From Candidatus Yanofskybacteria bacterium (GTDB lineage Bacteria > Patescibacteriota > Minisyncoccia > 2-02-FULL-40-12 > IGHO2-01-FULL-4-A): DNA of 64,000 nucleotides. Below are positions 22,995-32,629 of this stretch, piece after piece. The stretch's first letter is position 1, and each line of letters opens with the position of its first letter. The position numbers and the translations under genes were made by a program. The stretch lies in the NCBI GenBank assembly GCA_016185545.1, contig JACPNJ010000002.1:51299-115298 (forward strand). Reading direction: 5' to 3'. The notes under the pieces were generated by a model. The model was given only the letters and a program-made list of their open reading frames with translations. It made no database searches and was not told where the DNA came from.

Positions 22995-23180
22995 ATGTCT
23001 TATTATAGAGTTCCCAAATTAAATCTGGCAAAGGATGTTGAAAATATTATTATCTCACTAGGTTTTACGCCGCACAAATATCGCATATTCAAAAAGATCA
23101 GTGCGCCGTTCAAGTACCATGTACGTATATCAAAAGATACTCAAAGATTTATAGATCTCATAAAACTCAATAAAAGTTAA
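22995..23180 (+). pseudogene. possible C-terminal remnant of a LAGLIDADG endonuclease
   Basis: LAKDVENIIISLGF...YHVRIS...RFIDLI resembles the last LAGLIDADG subdomain; directly follows the tRNA. Confidence 0.4.
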
Positions 23181-23310
23181 TAACTCCACACAATACCAGC
23201 CATATCGGCCCGGACTGCATTTTAATTTTGGGAAAAGAAAAATTTTAATCATAAGATTTAAGAGTGAAAAATGGCCTGAAATAGGGCTGTTTTTTTATTT
23301 GTCCATATGC

Positions 23311-23339
23311 TTGACGCCTGTTAAATACTATGCTATATT
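23311..23339 (+). promoter_or_regulatory. sigma70-type promoter
   Basis: TTGACG-17 nt-TATATT with extended TG; AGGAG SD before 23388. Confidence 0.65.
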
Positions 23340-23387
23340 AGCCAAAGGTACCGAAAGGAAACCTAAACCACAGAAAGGAGATTAGCC

Positions 23388-23906
23388 ATGCTAAACGAGT
23401 TCTTTCAGAAGTTGTTCAGGCAGCCGTCAGTTCAGGCAAGCCGTGGAGAAGTACAGGAACCACGACGGAGACCCTACGAGTTCATGCAGACGTTCTCTGA
23501 CGAAACGAGCCAGGAGTACACTATTCTCGGTCTCCAGAGAACATCTGGTATTCTCGATGAGTACCACTTCTTCAGTCGTGAAGATAATAAGGAGATAGTT
23601 ACTCAACTCGCTGTCGAGGAGAATGGCCAGCAACGAGAGCTGACATTCCCTGGCGCGATTCCGGAATCGTACTTTCCGCAACTCCTGCGACAACGGGTCA
23701 AGCTCTCGATCAAAGAGAGTGCCTCCTACGATCGGGGGGTCGGCTTCCTGAGCGGTTGTGAGTGGCGCTGTACTCAAGACCATACTCTCGACGTACTCAC
23801 CGGTGAATTAACCGGTCAGAAGTTCAAGGGTCACAAGTACTGGCTCGACGACTACCCGCTCGTAGTGGTGCGAGTGAAGAATCAGCCCAAACAGGTCACT
23901 GTCTAA
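23388..23906 (+). CDS. hypothetical protein (stand-alone cassette)
   Basis: ATG with SD, own promoter and terminator; composition differs from neighbours. Confidence 0.7.
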   Translation: MLNEFFQKLFRQPSVQASRGEVQEPRRRPYEFMQTFSDETSQEYTILGLQRTSGILDEYHFFSREDNKEIVTQLAVEENGQQRELTFPGAIPESYFPQLLRQRVKLSIKESASYDRGVGFLSGCEWRCTQDHTLDVLTGELTGQKFKGHKYWLDDYPLVVVRVKNQPKQVTV

Positions 23907-23924
23907 CGCCAGAATTTCTGGCAC

Positions 23925-23962
23925 AAGCCCCAAAAACGAAAGTTGGAGGGGCTTTTATTTTT
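23925..23962 (+). terminator. intrinsic terminator
   Basis: AAGCCCC...GGGGCTT stem followed by TTATTTTT. Confidence 0.6.
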
Positions 23963-24126
23963 AACAATTTGGAAGAACAAATAATTTGTCGCCACTTCTT
24001 CGCTAAAGCTTCGGAAGTGCGAAGCAAAGCCAGTAAATTTTTCAATCATTTTTACTCTTGAAAATATAACTAAAAAGTCTTAACTTTACTTTGTAAGGTT
24101 CGCACTTTAACAAAAAGGGGTAGTTA

Positions 24127-26421
24127 GTGAAAATACCCGCAAATAAGAATTTTTGGAAGGTTTTTATAAAAAATCGGCTTAAAAAAGATTACTGGGTCAT
24201 AATGATTAAACGGCGACCGTGGCTTAAAAGAATCTTGCTCTCGCTTATACTCACGCCTGCGGTAATCATAATCATGCTATTTTGTTTTATGTATTTTTAC
24301 GGGAACCTCAAAGATTCCCAGGGCAAACCCATTGACTGGAATAAAATTAAAAACAATGATTTTAAAAAAACATCTTATGTTCTGGCATCAAATGATGAGA
24401 TTATTGACAGATTTTTTATTGAGAACCGTGACCCCTTAAAAGAAAATGAGATTCCGGAATTGCTTGCCGATGGTTTTGTGGCCGCCGAAGACGAGAATTT
24501 CTGGATGCACCCGGGCATTGACCCGATTGCTATAGCCAGAGCCGGCGCCGGATATTTATTGCGTTGGTGCGGAATTGAACTTTGGCCTCCATCGGGCGGC
24601 AGCACAATCACCCAGCAGGAAGCACGACTCATGTATACCGATGGCATTCCCGAGTTCAAAACTCGTGAACATTCTCTTAAAAGAAAATTCAAAGAGGCGC
24701 ATTTCGCGATTCAATTAACCAGAAGATATTCCAAAAAACAACTGTTGACGGCGTTTCTAAATACTCCCTATCTTGGTCACGGCGCTAATGGTGTCGCCGA
24801 AGCTTGGTATATTTATTTTGGAGAAGATATACGCAACAGCAAAGCACTGAAAAAAAACAGGATAGAATTCATACAAAAAATAGCTGTGGTTGTCGCTCTT
24901 AATAAATCGGCAGAGAGATACTGCCCGATTTTTCACGAACCGGCAAAGTCCGTAATAACTCCGGAAATGGCCGGAAAACAAATCACTGAACTGGAAAGAA
25001 AATATAAAAACTCTCTTGACAAAGAAAAATTCCGCGTCCGCGACGCTAGGAAAAGAGCCAACTGGGTTCTTTACCAAATGTTTGAAGAAGGTTATATAAG
25101 CAAGAAAGAATACCAAGCGGCATTGTTTGATGAAGAACAAAATTTAACCACCCTTGATATTTTAAAAATCACTCCATTGAAAAATTCCAGTTTCGGTTAT
25201 AGCGGCCGCATGGCAAAAGAAATGTTATTCGGCATCGGATTGAAAGACGAGGAAATAACTCATTACGGCGGCTTCAAGGTAAAAACCTGCATTAACGCCG
25301 GAATTCAAAAAATCATTAATGAAGAGCTCAGCCAGCATCTGGCAAAACTCAATGAAGAAGTGGAAGATAGAACCAACCCTAATGACGGCTCGGCGGTGAT
25401 GATTGAGGTCAAAACCGGCTGTATTGTCGCTTTGACCGGCGGACATGACTATGCCGAAACACCATACGACCGCGCTATGGCCTTGCGTTCAGGCGGATCG
25501 CTTTTTAAGCCGTTCGTCTATGCCACGGCGTTTGAGGAGGGTAAGACATTTAATGATTATATTAACAATCGTCCTTTCAGTATGCGCGGGGCTAATGGAA
25601 AAATTTGGTCTCCGCAAAATTTCAGAGAAGACCACCCGGTACCGGACGGTCTGATTCCGCTTTATGTCGGTCAAATAAGATCAGTTAACAGACCAACTTT
25701 GCTTCTTGCCAATGAAATAGGGATGGGAAAAATAGCAACCCTTGCCCATCGCATGGGTTTGTGGGGTATCCGGGGAATAATAAAAGACGCTCACGGCAAA
25801 ATTATATTCCGAATGCCCGGGGTAAAAGATACCGGCGACGGCATTGTTCCCCTGCTCCCCACCGCTATCGGCGCTTCCGACATTAATCTGCTGGAATTAG
25901 CCAACGCGTATGCCATATTTTTCAGAAAAGGGTTGTATCTGCCGCCAAAACTCGTTTTGGAAGTTAGAGACCAGGACGGCAAAGTACGGTATAAAGCGCC
26001 TGAACTTGAACCATTCCGGTCCGTTTCCGAAGAAACCGCGCTTAAAGAATTAATCATGATGCGGGCCACGACTAAAATCGGCACCGCCAAGATATCAATG
26101 CACGGCATTGAACAGCAAGTTGCTTGTAAAACCGGCACCTCTAACGGGCCTACCGATCTTGGGATAGCTTGCGGCAATCCTGACTTTGTTTTGATTATAA
26201 GAATAGGCCACGATATTCCAAAACCAATTGAACTGCCCCAATATATGAAAAAGGTTAGCGGCCGCGCCAATATGCAAGTATCCGGCGGCTGGGTAACCGG
26301 CCCGCTATCACGAAGGATTTGGGATCGTATCTATGCCGAAAAGCCAAAAGTAAAATTTTCCCAAAAAGTTGAAGCCGGTTTACAAGAACTGCTGTCTGTT
26401 TATCCGGATAAATACAAATAA
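24127..26421 (+). CDS. class A penicillin-binding protein (transglycosylase/transpeptidase)
   Basis: AAEDENF, GGSTITQQ, SLFK (SxxK), SVN, KTGT. Confidence 0.93.
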   Translation: MKIPANKNFWKVFIKNRLKKDYWVIMIKRRPWLKRILLSLILTPAVIIIMLFCFMYFYGNLKDSQGKPIDWNKIKNNDFKKTSYVLASNDEIIDRFFIENRDPLKENEIPELLADGFVAAEDENFWMHPGIDPIAIARAGAGYLLRWCGIELWPPSGGSTITQQEARLMYTDGIPEFKTREHSLKRKFKEAHFAIQLTRRYSKKQLLTAFLNTPYLGHGANGVAEAWYIYFGEDIRNSKALKKNRIEFIQKIAVVVALNKSAERYCPIFHEPAKSVITPEMAGKQITELERKYKNSLDKEKFRVRDARKRANWVLYQMFEEGYISKKEYQAALFDEEQNLTTLDILKITPLKNSSFGYSGRMAKEMLFGIGLKDEEITHYGGFKVKTCINAGIQKIINEELSQHLAKLNEEVEDRTNPNDGSAVMIEVKTGCIVALTGGHDYAETPYDRAMALRSGGSLFKPFVYATAFEEGKTFNDYINNRPFSMRGANGKIWSPQNFREDHPVPDGLIPLYVGQIRSVNRPTLLLANEIGMGKIATLAHRMGLWGIRGIIKDAHGKIIFRMPGVKDTGDGIVPLLPTAIGASDINLLELANAYAIFFRKGLYLPPKLVLEVRDQDGKVRYKAPELEPFRSVSEETALKELIMMRATTKIGTAKISMHGIEQQVACKTGTSNGPTDLGIACGNPDFVLIIRIGHDIPKPIELPQYMKKVSGRANMQVSGGWVTGPLSRRIWDRIYAEKPKVKFSQKVEAGLQELLSVYPDKYK

Positions 26422-26424
26422 CCT

Positions 26425-26445
26425 ACCGGGCTTAGCTCGGTTTTT
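26425..26445 (+). terminator. intrinsic terminator
   Basis: ACCGGG-CTTAG-CTCGGT plus T tract after the PBP stop. Confidence 0.55.
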
Positions 26446-26516
26446 ATTATTTTCCAACTTGCACATAGGTTCTGTATCTCTTGCGTTGGGTAAGATCTTT
26501 TATGTATAATAGAGGC

Positions 26517-27566
26517 ATGGCTAAGTTGAGTAATAAATTTAAGGGGAATAAGCGAGTTGTGTTTTCGCACGGTAAGCAGAAAGAGTTTTTAGAAAAAACA
26601 CGATTTTCTTTAGGACTAAACAATGATAATTTCGCTAGATTAATAGGGGTTAGTCCAAGAACTCTAAATGACTGGAAAAGGGAAAAGTTTTATTTGCCTT
26701 TAAATAGCTTAAAAAAATTATGTGACAAGTCGGGTATATCTATGCCGAAGTATCTAGAAACAAAAGACCCATTTTGGTACACTTCACTGGGCGCGCATAA
26801 AGGAGGCATCGCATCTTTTAAAAAATACGGACACATAGGAGGAGATCCCGAATATCGCAAGAAAAAATGGCATGAATGGTGGCAAAGTAGCGGTAGATTC
26901 AGAAAAGATATGATAACTTTTCCTATTAAAGTTATAAAACCGTCCAAATCTAAAGAGCTAGCAGAGTTTGTCGGTATTTTACTAGGAGATGGAGCAATCA
27001 CTAAAAAACAGATTACTATAACTCTTCATAAAGTCGACGATAGGGATTTCACCGATTATATCTGCTACTTGATTGAAAAACTTTTTCATTTAAAACCAGC
27101 TCTTTACGAACGAGAAAGTGTCAATAACATAGTTATTTCCAGAACAGAATTAGTTAGATATTTTGTAAAAAATTTAGGCTTACATATTGGCAGTAAAATC
27201 CGACAACAAGTAGATGTTCCGATGTGGATTAAAAAGTCGGGGATATTTTCTAGGGCATGCTCGAAAGGATTGTTTGATACAGATGGATGTTTTTATATTG
27301 ATAAGCATAAATATAACAACAAAACTTATCTAAATTGTGGTATGAATTTTACAAATCGAGCCCTACCACTCCTTTCTTTTTTTAAAGAAACCTTACAAAA
27401 ATACAATCTCTCCCCTACTCAAAAAACTCATTACAGTATCTTTTTAAGAAGGGAGGAAGATATAATAAAATACTTTGATAAAATAGGGTCGTCTAATCCG
27501 AAACATTATAATAAATTCAATAATTTTTTAATAAATAAACACGGTGAGGTACCGAAGTGGTCATAA
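26517..27566 (+). CDS. HTH-LAGLIDADG homing endonuclease-like protein
   Basis: N-terminal HTH; LAEFVGILLGDGAI and KGLFDTDGCF motifs; stop lies inside tRNA-Ser. Confidence 0.85.
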   Translation: MAKLSNKFKGNKRVVFSHGKQKEFLEKTRFSLGLNNDNFARLIGVSPRTLNDWKREKFYLPLNSLKKLCDKSGISMPKYLETKDPFWYTSLGAHKGGIASFKKYGHIGGDPEYRKKKWHEWWQSSGRFRKDMITFPIKVIKPSKSKELAEFVGILLGDGAITKKQITITLHKVDDRDFTDYICYLIEKLFHLKPALYERESVNNIVISRTELVRYFVKNLGLHIGSKIRQQVDVPMWIKKSGIFSRACSKGLFDTDGCFYIDKHKYNNKTYLNCGMNFTNRALPLLSFFKETLQKYNLSPTQKTHYSIFLRREEDIIKYFDKIGSSNPKHYNKFNNFLINKHGEVPKWS

Positions 27567-27633
27567 CGGGGACGCCTCGAAAGCGTCTTGCTCCGAAAGG
27601 GGCCCGTGGGTTCGAATCCCACCCTCACCGCCA
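27543..27633 (+). tRNA. tRNA-Ser(CGA)
   Basis: GGTGAGG/CCTCACC acceptor, GACGC-CTCGAAA-GCGTC anticodon arm, long variable arm, encoded CCA. Confidence 0.95.
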
Positions 27634-27657
27634 GATGTCCAAGTTAGAACCTAATTT

Positions 27658-28353
27658 ATGCTAGTACAAAAATTCGATAAATTTCTACAATCAGTTGACC
27701 TCAAATCCTATCGTGATCAGTATAGGCCTATTAAAATTGTAGAAATGGATATGCCCAAAGAGGTTCAAGCTATCAATATGCTTTACAAAGTATATTGGGA
27801 CCAAAAGAAATTCTTGTCTTTTGAAGATTTTTACAAAGAGTACTTAAATTCTCTAAAAACAGAAATTGAATCCTTCAGACAAAGAACAACGATGTGTAAA
27901 GATTGTTTTTATCGAGGATTGCCCGCAAGAATTTATCGTACTTGGGCAAGTATTATCACTCAAATCCACGCTGGTTATGTAGCTGAGTCGGTTTTTGGCG
28001 AAGGTACAATTGCGATGTCAGGTGAGCTTGATCATCAAGGAGCTGATTTTCAAGTTAAATATAGAGGGAAGATTTTAAACTACCAAGTTAAAAAGAAATC
28101 ATTTAGTGGAGAAGTGAGGCGTGGTAAGGGTGGAGTTAAAAACAAAATCGATGGAGAATTTATTGATATTAACTATGAAGTTCCAAGTGGTGATTATTTC
28201 GAAAATCCAAAGAAAAAAGATGGCACTGATAAATTACCATACGCCAGGTTTATGGCAAATAAAGAATTAGAAAGATTCCCGAATGGTTTTGTGGTTTTTA
28301 CCCCTTATCCTTTTGAACAAAAGAAAAGAGAGATAGATAACTCTCTAAAATAA
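27658..28353 (+). CDS. TaqI-family type II restriction endonuclease
   Basis: FLQSVDLKSYRDQYRPIKIVEMDMPKE closely resembles the TaqI N-terminus as recalled; D...QVK PD-(D/E)xK-like core. Confidence 0.75.
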   Translation: MLVQKFDKFLQSVDLKSYRDQYRPIKIVEMDMPKEVQAINMLYKVYWDQKKFLSFEDFYKEYLNSLKTEIESFRQRTTMCKDCFYRGLPARIYRTWASIITQIHAGYVAESVFGEGTIAMSGELDHQGADFQVKYRGKILNYQVKKKSFSGEVRRGKGGVKNKIDGEFIDINYEVPSGDYFENPKKKDGTDKLPYARFMANKELERFPNGFVVFTPYPFEQKKREIDNSLK

Positions 28354-29868
28354 TTTAGCAACGGACTTTTTATCACCTACCATTTTTTCTGCCAGCCTTA
28401 CATAATCAGGATTAATCTCAAAGCCAATATAAGATTGACCTAATTCTTTGGCCGCCGCGCACTCCGAGCCGGTGCCAACGAAAGGCACTAACACAACACC
28501 ATCTTTTTTCGGCATAGCAGATTTTATCAATTTTTTAGATAATTCAAATGGTTTTTGTGTTGGATGCTTCATTATTTCATGTCCATCATGATTTTTTAGT
28601 TGTCGTGGCTCACATACAGAGTCGCAGGTTTTACACAAAAACCATCTTTCATTCATTCCAGCTCCACCGGCGAGGGCAGGAACTTTGATAACATCTCTTG
28701 GTAAAGCTCCACCCTCGTGGGCTTTATAAACGGTTTCCAAACCGCTACTACTGAATCTCCCCAGTGTTCCTTTTCTTACCTTTCCAGCGGCTCCATTTAG
28801 AAATCCCTCTGTATATGGTTCTCTAACATCATCTCTGTTGAAAACAGGTTTATCTTTCCAAGCGCAAATGATAGCTTCATGGCTTCTTTGCCAAAAATTT
28901 AGAGAGGCAACATTTTTATTAGTGTAATGCCATATAAGCCATCTTTTTTGTATAGGAATTTCAACAGAGAGATACGCTAGAATTTCACTAAAACCATAAA
29001 TAAAAATTGTTCCGTTTGGTTTTAGTGTTCTTATGCTTTCGTTTATCCAACTTTTACACCACTCAACATATTCTCCAAGTTCTCGTTTATCTATATTATT
29101 CCCAAAATCCTTTCCGATATTATAAGGTGGATCAATTATGATAACATCACAACTTTCGTCAGGAAGTTTTCTTAATTCTTGAATTGCGTCTCCCAAAATT
29201 ATTTGATTGAGAGATAATTTCTTATCCTTCTTTATTTCTTTTGTTATCGTTATTTCTTCCGCCTGTAATTCCTCTTCGTTTTTAATAACATCAATAACAA
29301 TTCCTTGAATTTTTATGTCTCGATCCCTCCTTATTATAATTGGCTCAAAAGTTTTATTTGCGGGTTGTAGCCGAATATGTCCTCGTTCTTTATAAAATCT
29401 CTTTAGTGTTGCCTCGTGATTGTCTATTAATGCAACAACTCGCTCGCCGTTTTCTGCAACATCTTGCTGTTTTACCAAAACAACATCTCCATCTTGAATA
29501 TTCTCGTCAATCATACTGTTGCCCATTACGCGCAAAGCGTAAAGATTGCCAGCGCTAGGCAATATATTTTTAGGAACAGCAATAAATTCGTCTTGACGAA
29601 TTGCCTCTATTGGCTCCCCAGCGGCGATAGTTCCTAAAAACGGAATTTTGACCATTGGTTTCTTAGAAGCAATGCTGATGGCACGGGCTTTATTTTCTAT
29701 ATTCCCCAAATAACCACCTTCTTTAAGTTTTGAGATATGAAAATGAACAGTTGAAACAGAGGCGAGTTTAAGTCGTTTTCTAATTTCCTCAAATGAAGGA
29801 GAATACCCCTTCTTTTGTGAGTAACTTTCTATGAAGTCGAGGACTTCTTTTTGGCGCTTTGTGAGCAT
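28345..29868 (-). CDS. LexA repressor fused to a beta-class N6/N4 DNA methyltransferase
   Basis: LexA HTH, AG cleavage site, GNSM and TLKRF catalytic residues; then DPPY, HPTQKP, PFVGTGS. Confidence 0.9.
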   Translation of the reverse strand: MLTKRQKEVLDFIESYSQKKGYSPSFEEIRKRLKLASVSTVHFHISKLKEGGYLGNIENKARAISIASKKPMVKIPFLGTIAAGEPIEAIRQDEFIAVPKNILPSAGNLYALRVMGNSMIDENIQDGDVVLVKQQDVAENGERVVALIDNHEATLKRFYKERGHIRLQPANKTFEPIIIRRDRDIKIQGIVIDVIKNEEELQAEEITITKEIKKDKKLSLNQIILGDAIQELRKLPDESCDVIIIDPPYNIGKDFGNNIDKRELGEYVEWCKSWINESIRTLKPNGTIFIYGFSEILAYLSVEIPIQKRWLIWHYTNKNVASLNFWQRSHEAIICAWKDKPVFNRDDVREPYTEGFLNGAAGKVRKGTLGRFSSSGLETVYKAHEGGALPRDVIKVPALAGGAGMNERWFLCKTCDSVCEPRQLKNHDGHEIMKHPTQKPFELSKKLIKSAMPKKDGVVLVPFVGTGSECAAAKELGQSYIGFEINPDYVRLAEKMVGDKKSVAKLF

Positions 29869-29954
29869 ATAGATTTGACTTGTTTACTATGCATCTATTA
29901 TAATAGAACAAAAATAGAAAATCAAAGCTACTTATCCACACCTTAAATAAGACC

Positions 29955-30833
29955 ATGGAAGACTCCAATATAGAAATTTCATTTGAACTCTCGGTTTGCC
30001 TTCATTTAGATAAAGAGGCGGTGTTTTTACTTAAAATCAACGAGCGAGATGTAGAGATAAAAACAAACGATGTCATATATGAAAATACTAGATTTGGTCG
30101 GGCACAAAATACAGAAATCTACAGTGATACAGATTCTGGTTTTCGTTACACCAAAATTACAATTTCATTTAAAGATACCAACCCAAAGATACCCCTTGAT
30201 AATTTAATTTTGGCATATAAAGATTTAATACTTGAAAGTGTTAATAAATTTATAGATGCATATCGATTTATTACTGGACGAGTAGCAATTTCCAATATTG
30301 CCTCAATATCAGATTTGTTCGGATTATCGTGTTTTAGACGAAATGCCAAAGGCGGCGGAACTGGAATGATAACTATAAATTTTGGAGGAGTAGGAATTGC
30401 TGGAAAGCAGGTTGCTATGGGACAATTTAAAACAGATCTAGATATTAAAGATAACGAAAAGATGCAGAACCTATTAAAGACAGGAGGGATTCCCCTGGAA
30501 GATCTTTTTATAATGGATGCAAAAAGACATCTTCAAATCGGACATAAAATTCAAGCATTGATTAGCGCAGTTATAGCCACTGAAATTGTTGTTAGATCAA
30601 AAAATAATTGGTTTGTAAGATTTTTGTATAAAGGAAAATTACTAGAATTTAATTTAATAAAAGAACTAAAGTATAAACTTCCGAAAGAAAGTCTATCTAT
30701 AATAATTGGAGGTATAAAAGAAAGAAATCGAGTAATTCATGACGGCAAGAGAGATTTGACGATTGATATTTCTAAGTACATAAAGGAAACAGAAAAAGCA
30801 ATAAATAAATTGAGAACTCCCGTTATTATTTAA
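29955..30833 (+). CDS. HEPN-motif hypothetical protein
   Basis: C-terminal helical region with RNRVIH (RxxxxH); AT-rich; defence-island context. Confidence 0.55.
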   Translation: MEDSNIEISFELSVCLHLDKEAVFLLKINERDVEIKTNDVIYENTRFGRAQNTEIYSDTDSGFRYTKITISFKDTNPKIPLDNLILAYKDLILESVNKFIDAYRFITGRVAISNIASISDLFGLSCFRRNAKGGGTGMITINFGGVGIAGKQVAMGQFKTDLDIKDNEKMQNLLKTGGIPLEDLFIMDAKRHLQIGHKIQALISAVIATEIVVRSKNNWFVRFLYKGKLLEFNLIKELKYKLPKESLSIIIGGIKERNRVIHDGKRDLTIDISKYIKETEKAINKLRTPVII

Positions 30834-31038
30834 CAGAATAATCGACTGCGTTTTTGCCCTTATCTGACTTCGGCTTTGGTACCTCAAACCACTCGGGATG
30901 CACTTTGTAGATAGCCCTCAATTCTTGTATACTCCTATCAATATCCTTGAATTTAAACCACGTTTTCGGTTCTAACTTGCGGACATCGTCCCCGCCAAGT
31001 CGAGATAGGTTATCCCGCTGGAGGAGCGTCGATAACAT
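30826..31038 (-). CDS. small hypothetical protein or gene remnant
   Basis: 70-aa ORF; its start lies within the 31031-31068 inverted repeat. Confidence 0.3.
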   Translation of the reverse strand: MLSTLLQRDNLSRLGGDDVRKLEPKTWFKFKDIDRSIQELRAIYKVHPEWFEVPKPKSDKGKNAVDYSVK

Positions 31039-31068
31039 AAAACCATCTAACGGTGGTTTTATGTTATC
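31031..31068. repeat. inverted repeat with 15-bp arms
   Basis: GATAACATAAAACCA...TGGTTTTATGTTATC. Confidence 0.8.
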
Positions 31069-31114
31069 GTTTGTAGTAATAGATTAACCAAATATTTTCT
31101 GATACTATAAAAAT

Positions 31115-31254
31115 AACAACTTAGCCTAAACCTGCTTAACGGCTGGCATGGCACCAAACCACCTGCATACCAAACTTGTCGTTTGGCTTCCACACATGTG
31201 GTTATAGAGGAAACTCTATAAGAGAGCTTCTGCTCTCAGCCAGACGACTTTTTT
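31115..31254 (+). ncRNA. candidate structured RNA, copy 1
   Basis: extended -10 promoter; hairpins covary with copy 2 at 38197; ends in T6. Confidence 0.6.
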
Positions 31255-31695
31255 ATTGCTTGTTTAATCGAAAAAAGATCTGATTTTCAAGATCTTGCTG
31301 AAGAATAAAAGAATTACTATGACTTAAGATCCCCATATAGGAATGGATGGTATGGTCAAGTGACTCATAAGACAACGACCCTTGGTTTAAAAGATTCTCC
31401 CCCGAATTTTACCTGGTAGCAGTCCTTTAGTTTTCTCGGGACATCTACGCTGAAATAAAACACGTAGTTTCGTAGTTTTTACTACTTTCCGGCCACGCCA
31501 CTTCTTATAGCCAGGGCCATAAGAACTCCGGTGGATATCAAAAAGAGGAGGTTCGTAAGATTAAACCAGCCTGAGCCGGGCCCAATCTCTATTAACAAAA
31601 CTCCATGACATTATCACATAAAATACCCAGCCATAAAAGGTCTGGTAAAATTCTTCTTTAGGCTGTATATTTATATGTAAAAGTCCAATCTCACT

Positions 31696-32523
31696 ATGCC
31701 GTTCGAAGCCTATAAAATCTACGAAGAATACGAGCCGGACAAATTTAAAACATCAACCCAGAAAAAGGTTGAGCAGGCTTTAGATACCGCTAAAAAAGAA
31801 GGGCTGGTACCGGAGGGCAAAGAGATTAACATCGAGTTCGACGAGGCAAGAGAGATATTCGGCAAAGATTTTCTAGGTCCGGAAGCTATCAAGACCACAT
31901 ACGGAATAGAACTTACCCCGGATGAATTGCAAGAAATTGAGAATATACCATTTACCAGAGAAGAATTAGAACAAGCCAAACAACTGGGCATGATGTTAGT
32001 TCTTCGAGTGCCAAATATAGGCGAGGGCAAGGAAGCCAAACCTCTAACCATTGATCGAATCCGTGAGAAGTTTTCTGGCGGTGATACTTTTGGCGATCCC
32101 AAGAAAAAGAAGAAGAAAATGTTTTATCGAAGCAAAGGTGATGGGTGGTTTGATAAGGAAAAGTTTGCTCTCGAAGGAACTCCCAAGCTTGGCTGGGGCC
32201 TAGTAATGAAATCTGTCTTGCCTGACTCACTGAGCAAGAATTGGGATCAACAAGAGGAAGTACTAAAAAACTGGGCTAAGCAAAATAATATTGATCCGGC
32301 GTTAGTTAAACGCAGGACTCCTGTAGAAATTGCCTATGATACATTTCTCTACTATGGAGAGAATAAAGAAACTCTCTTAGAAGATAAGTGGGACTGGTCA
32401 GGCGTGCAGTCTTCCGGCGGCTACTTCGTCTTCGTTGGCGGCTTCGACTCGGGCGGTCTCTTCGTCAGCTACGATTCCCGCGACAATGCGGGTTCGAATC
32501 TCGGTGTCTGCCCCTCTCGGTAG
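31696..32523 (+). CDS. DGR target-like variable protein 1 (C-terminal CLec-like VR 32392-32523)
   Basis: paralog of 34316 and 37211; VR differences concentrated at positions 1-2 of NNC/NNT codons; ends GVCPSR. Confidence 0.85.
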   Translation: MPFEAYKIYEEYEPDKFKTSTQKKVEQALDTAKKEGLVPEGKEINIEFDEAREIFGKDFLGPEAIKTTYGIELTPDELQEIENIPFTREELEQAKQLGMMLVLRVPNIGEGKEAKPLTIDRIREKFSGGDTFGDPKKKKKKMFYRSKGDGWFDKEKFALEGTPKLGWGLVMKSVLPDSLSKNWDQQEEVLKNWAKQNNIDPALVKRRTPVEIAYDTFLYYGENKETLLEDKWDWSGVQSSGGYFVFVGGFDSGGLFVSYDSRDNAGSNLGVCPSR

Positions 32524-32629
32524 TTTCGCCTTGGGCGCTTGGATGCCTTGATCCTTATTGATCCCTTGGGGTATTCGAAAAAAAATTTAAGACTGGTAAA
32601 ATCTTTATATAACTTGTAACATTTATTAT

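Noticed and set aside
22914-23180. 88-aa ORF, and the 5' extension of ORF 41606-42526
   Set aside because: Their N-termini are translations of tRNA genes; starts were moved downstream.
21109-23300. oriC or parS near parAB
   Set aside because: No DnaA-box cluster, dnaA gene or recognisable parS palindrome seen; the boxes found are isolated.
30826-31038. C-terminal remnant of the island recombinase
   Set aside because: Only an impressionistic resemblance (GGDDVRK); no catalytic motif.
31255-31695. DGR template repeat or RT remnant upstream of target 1
   Set aside because: No AAC-rich copy of the VR and no RT motif or sizeable ORF seen on either strand.
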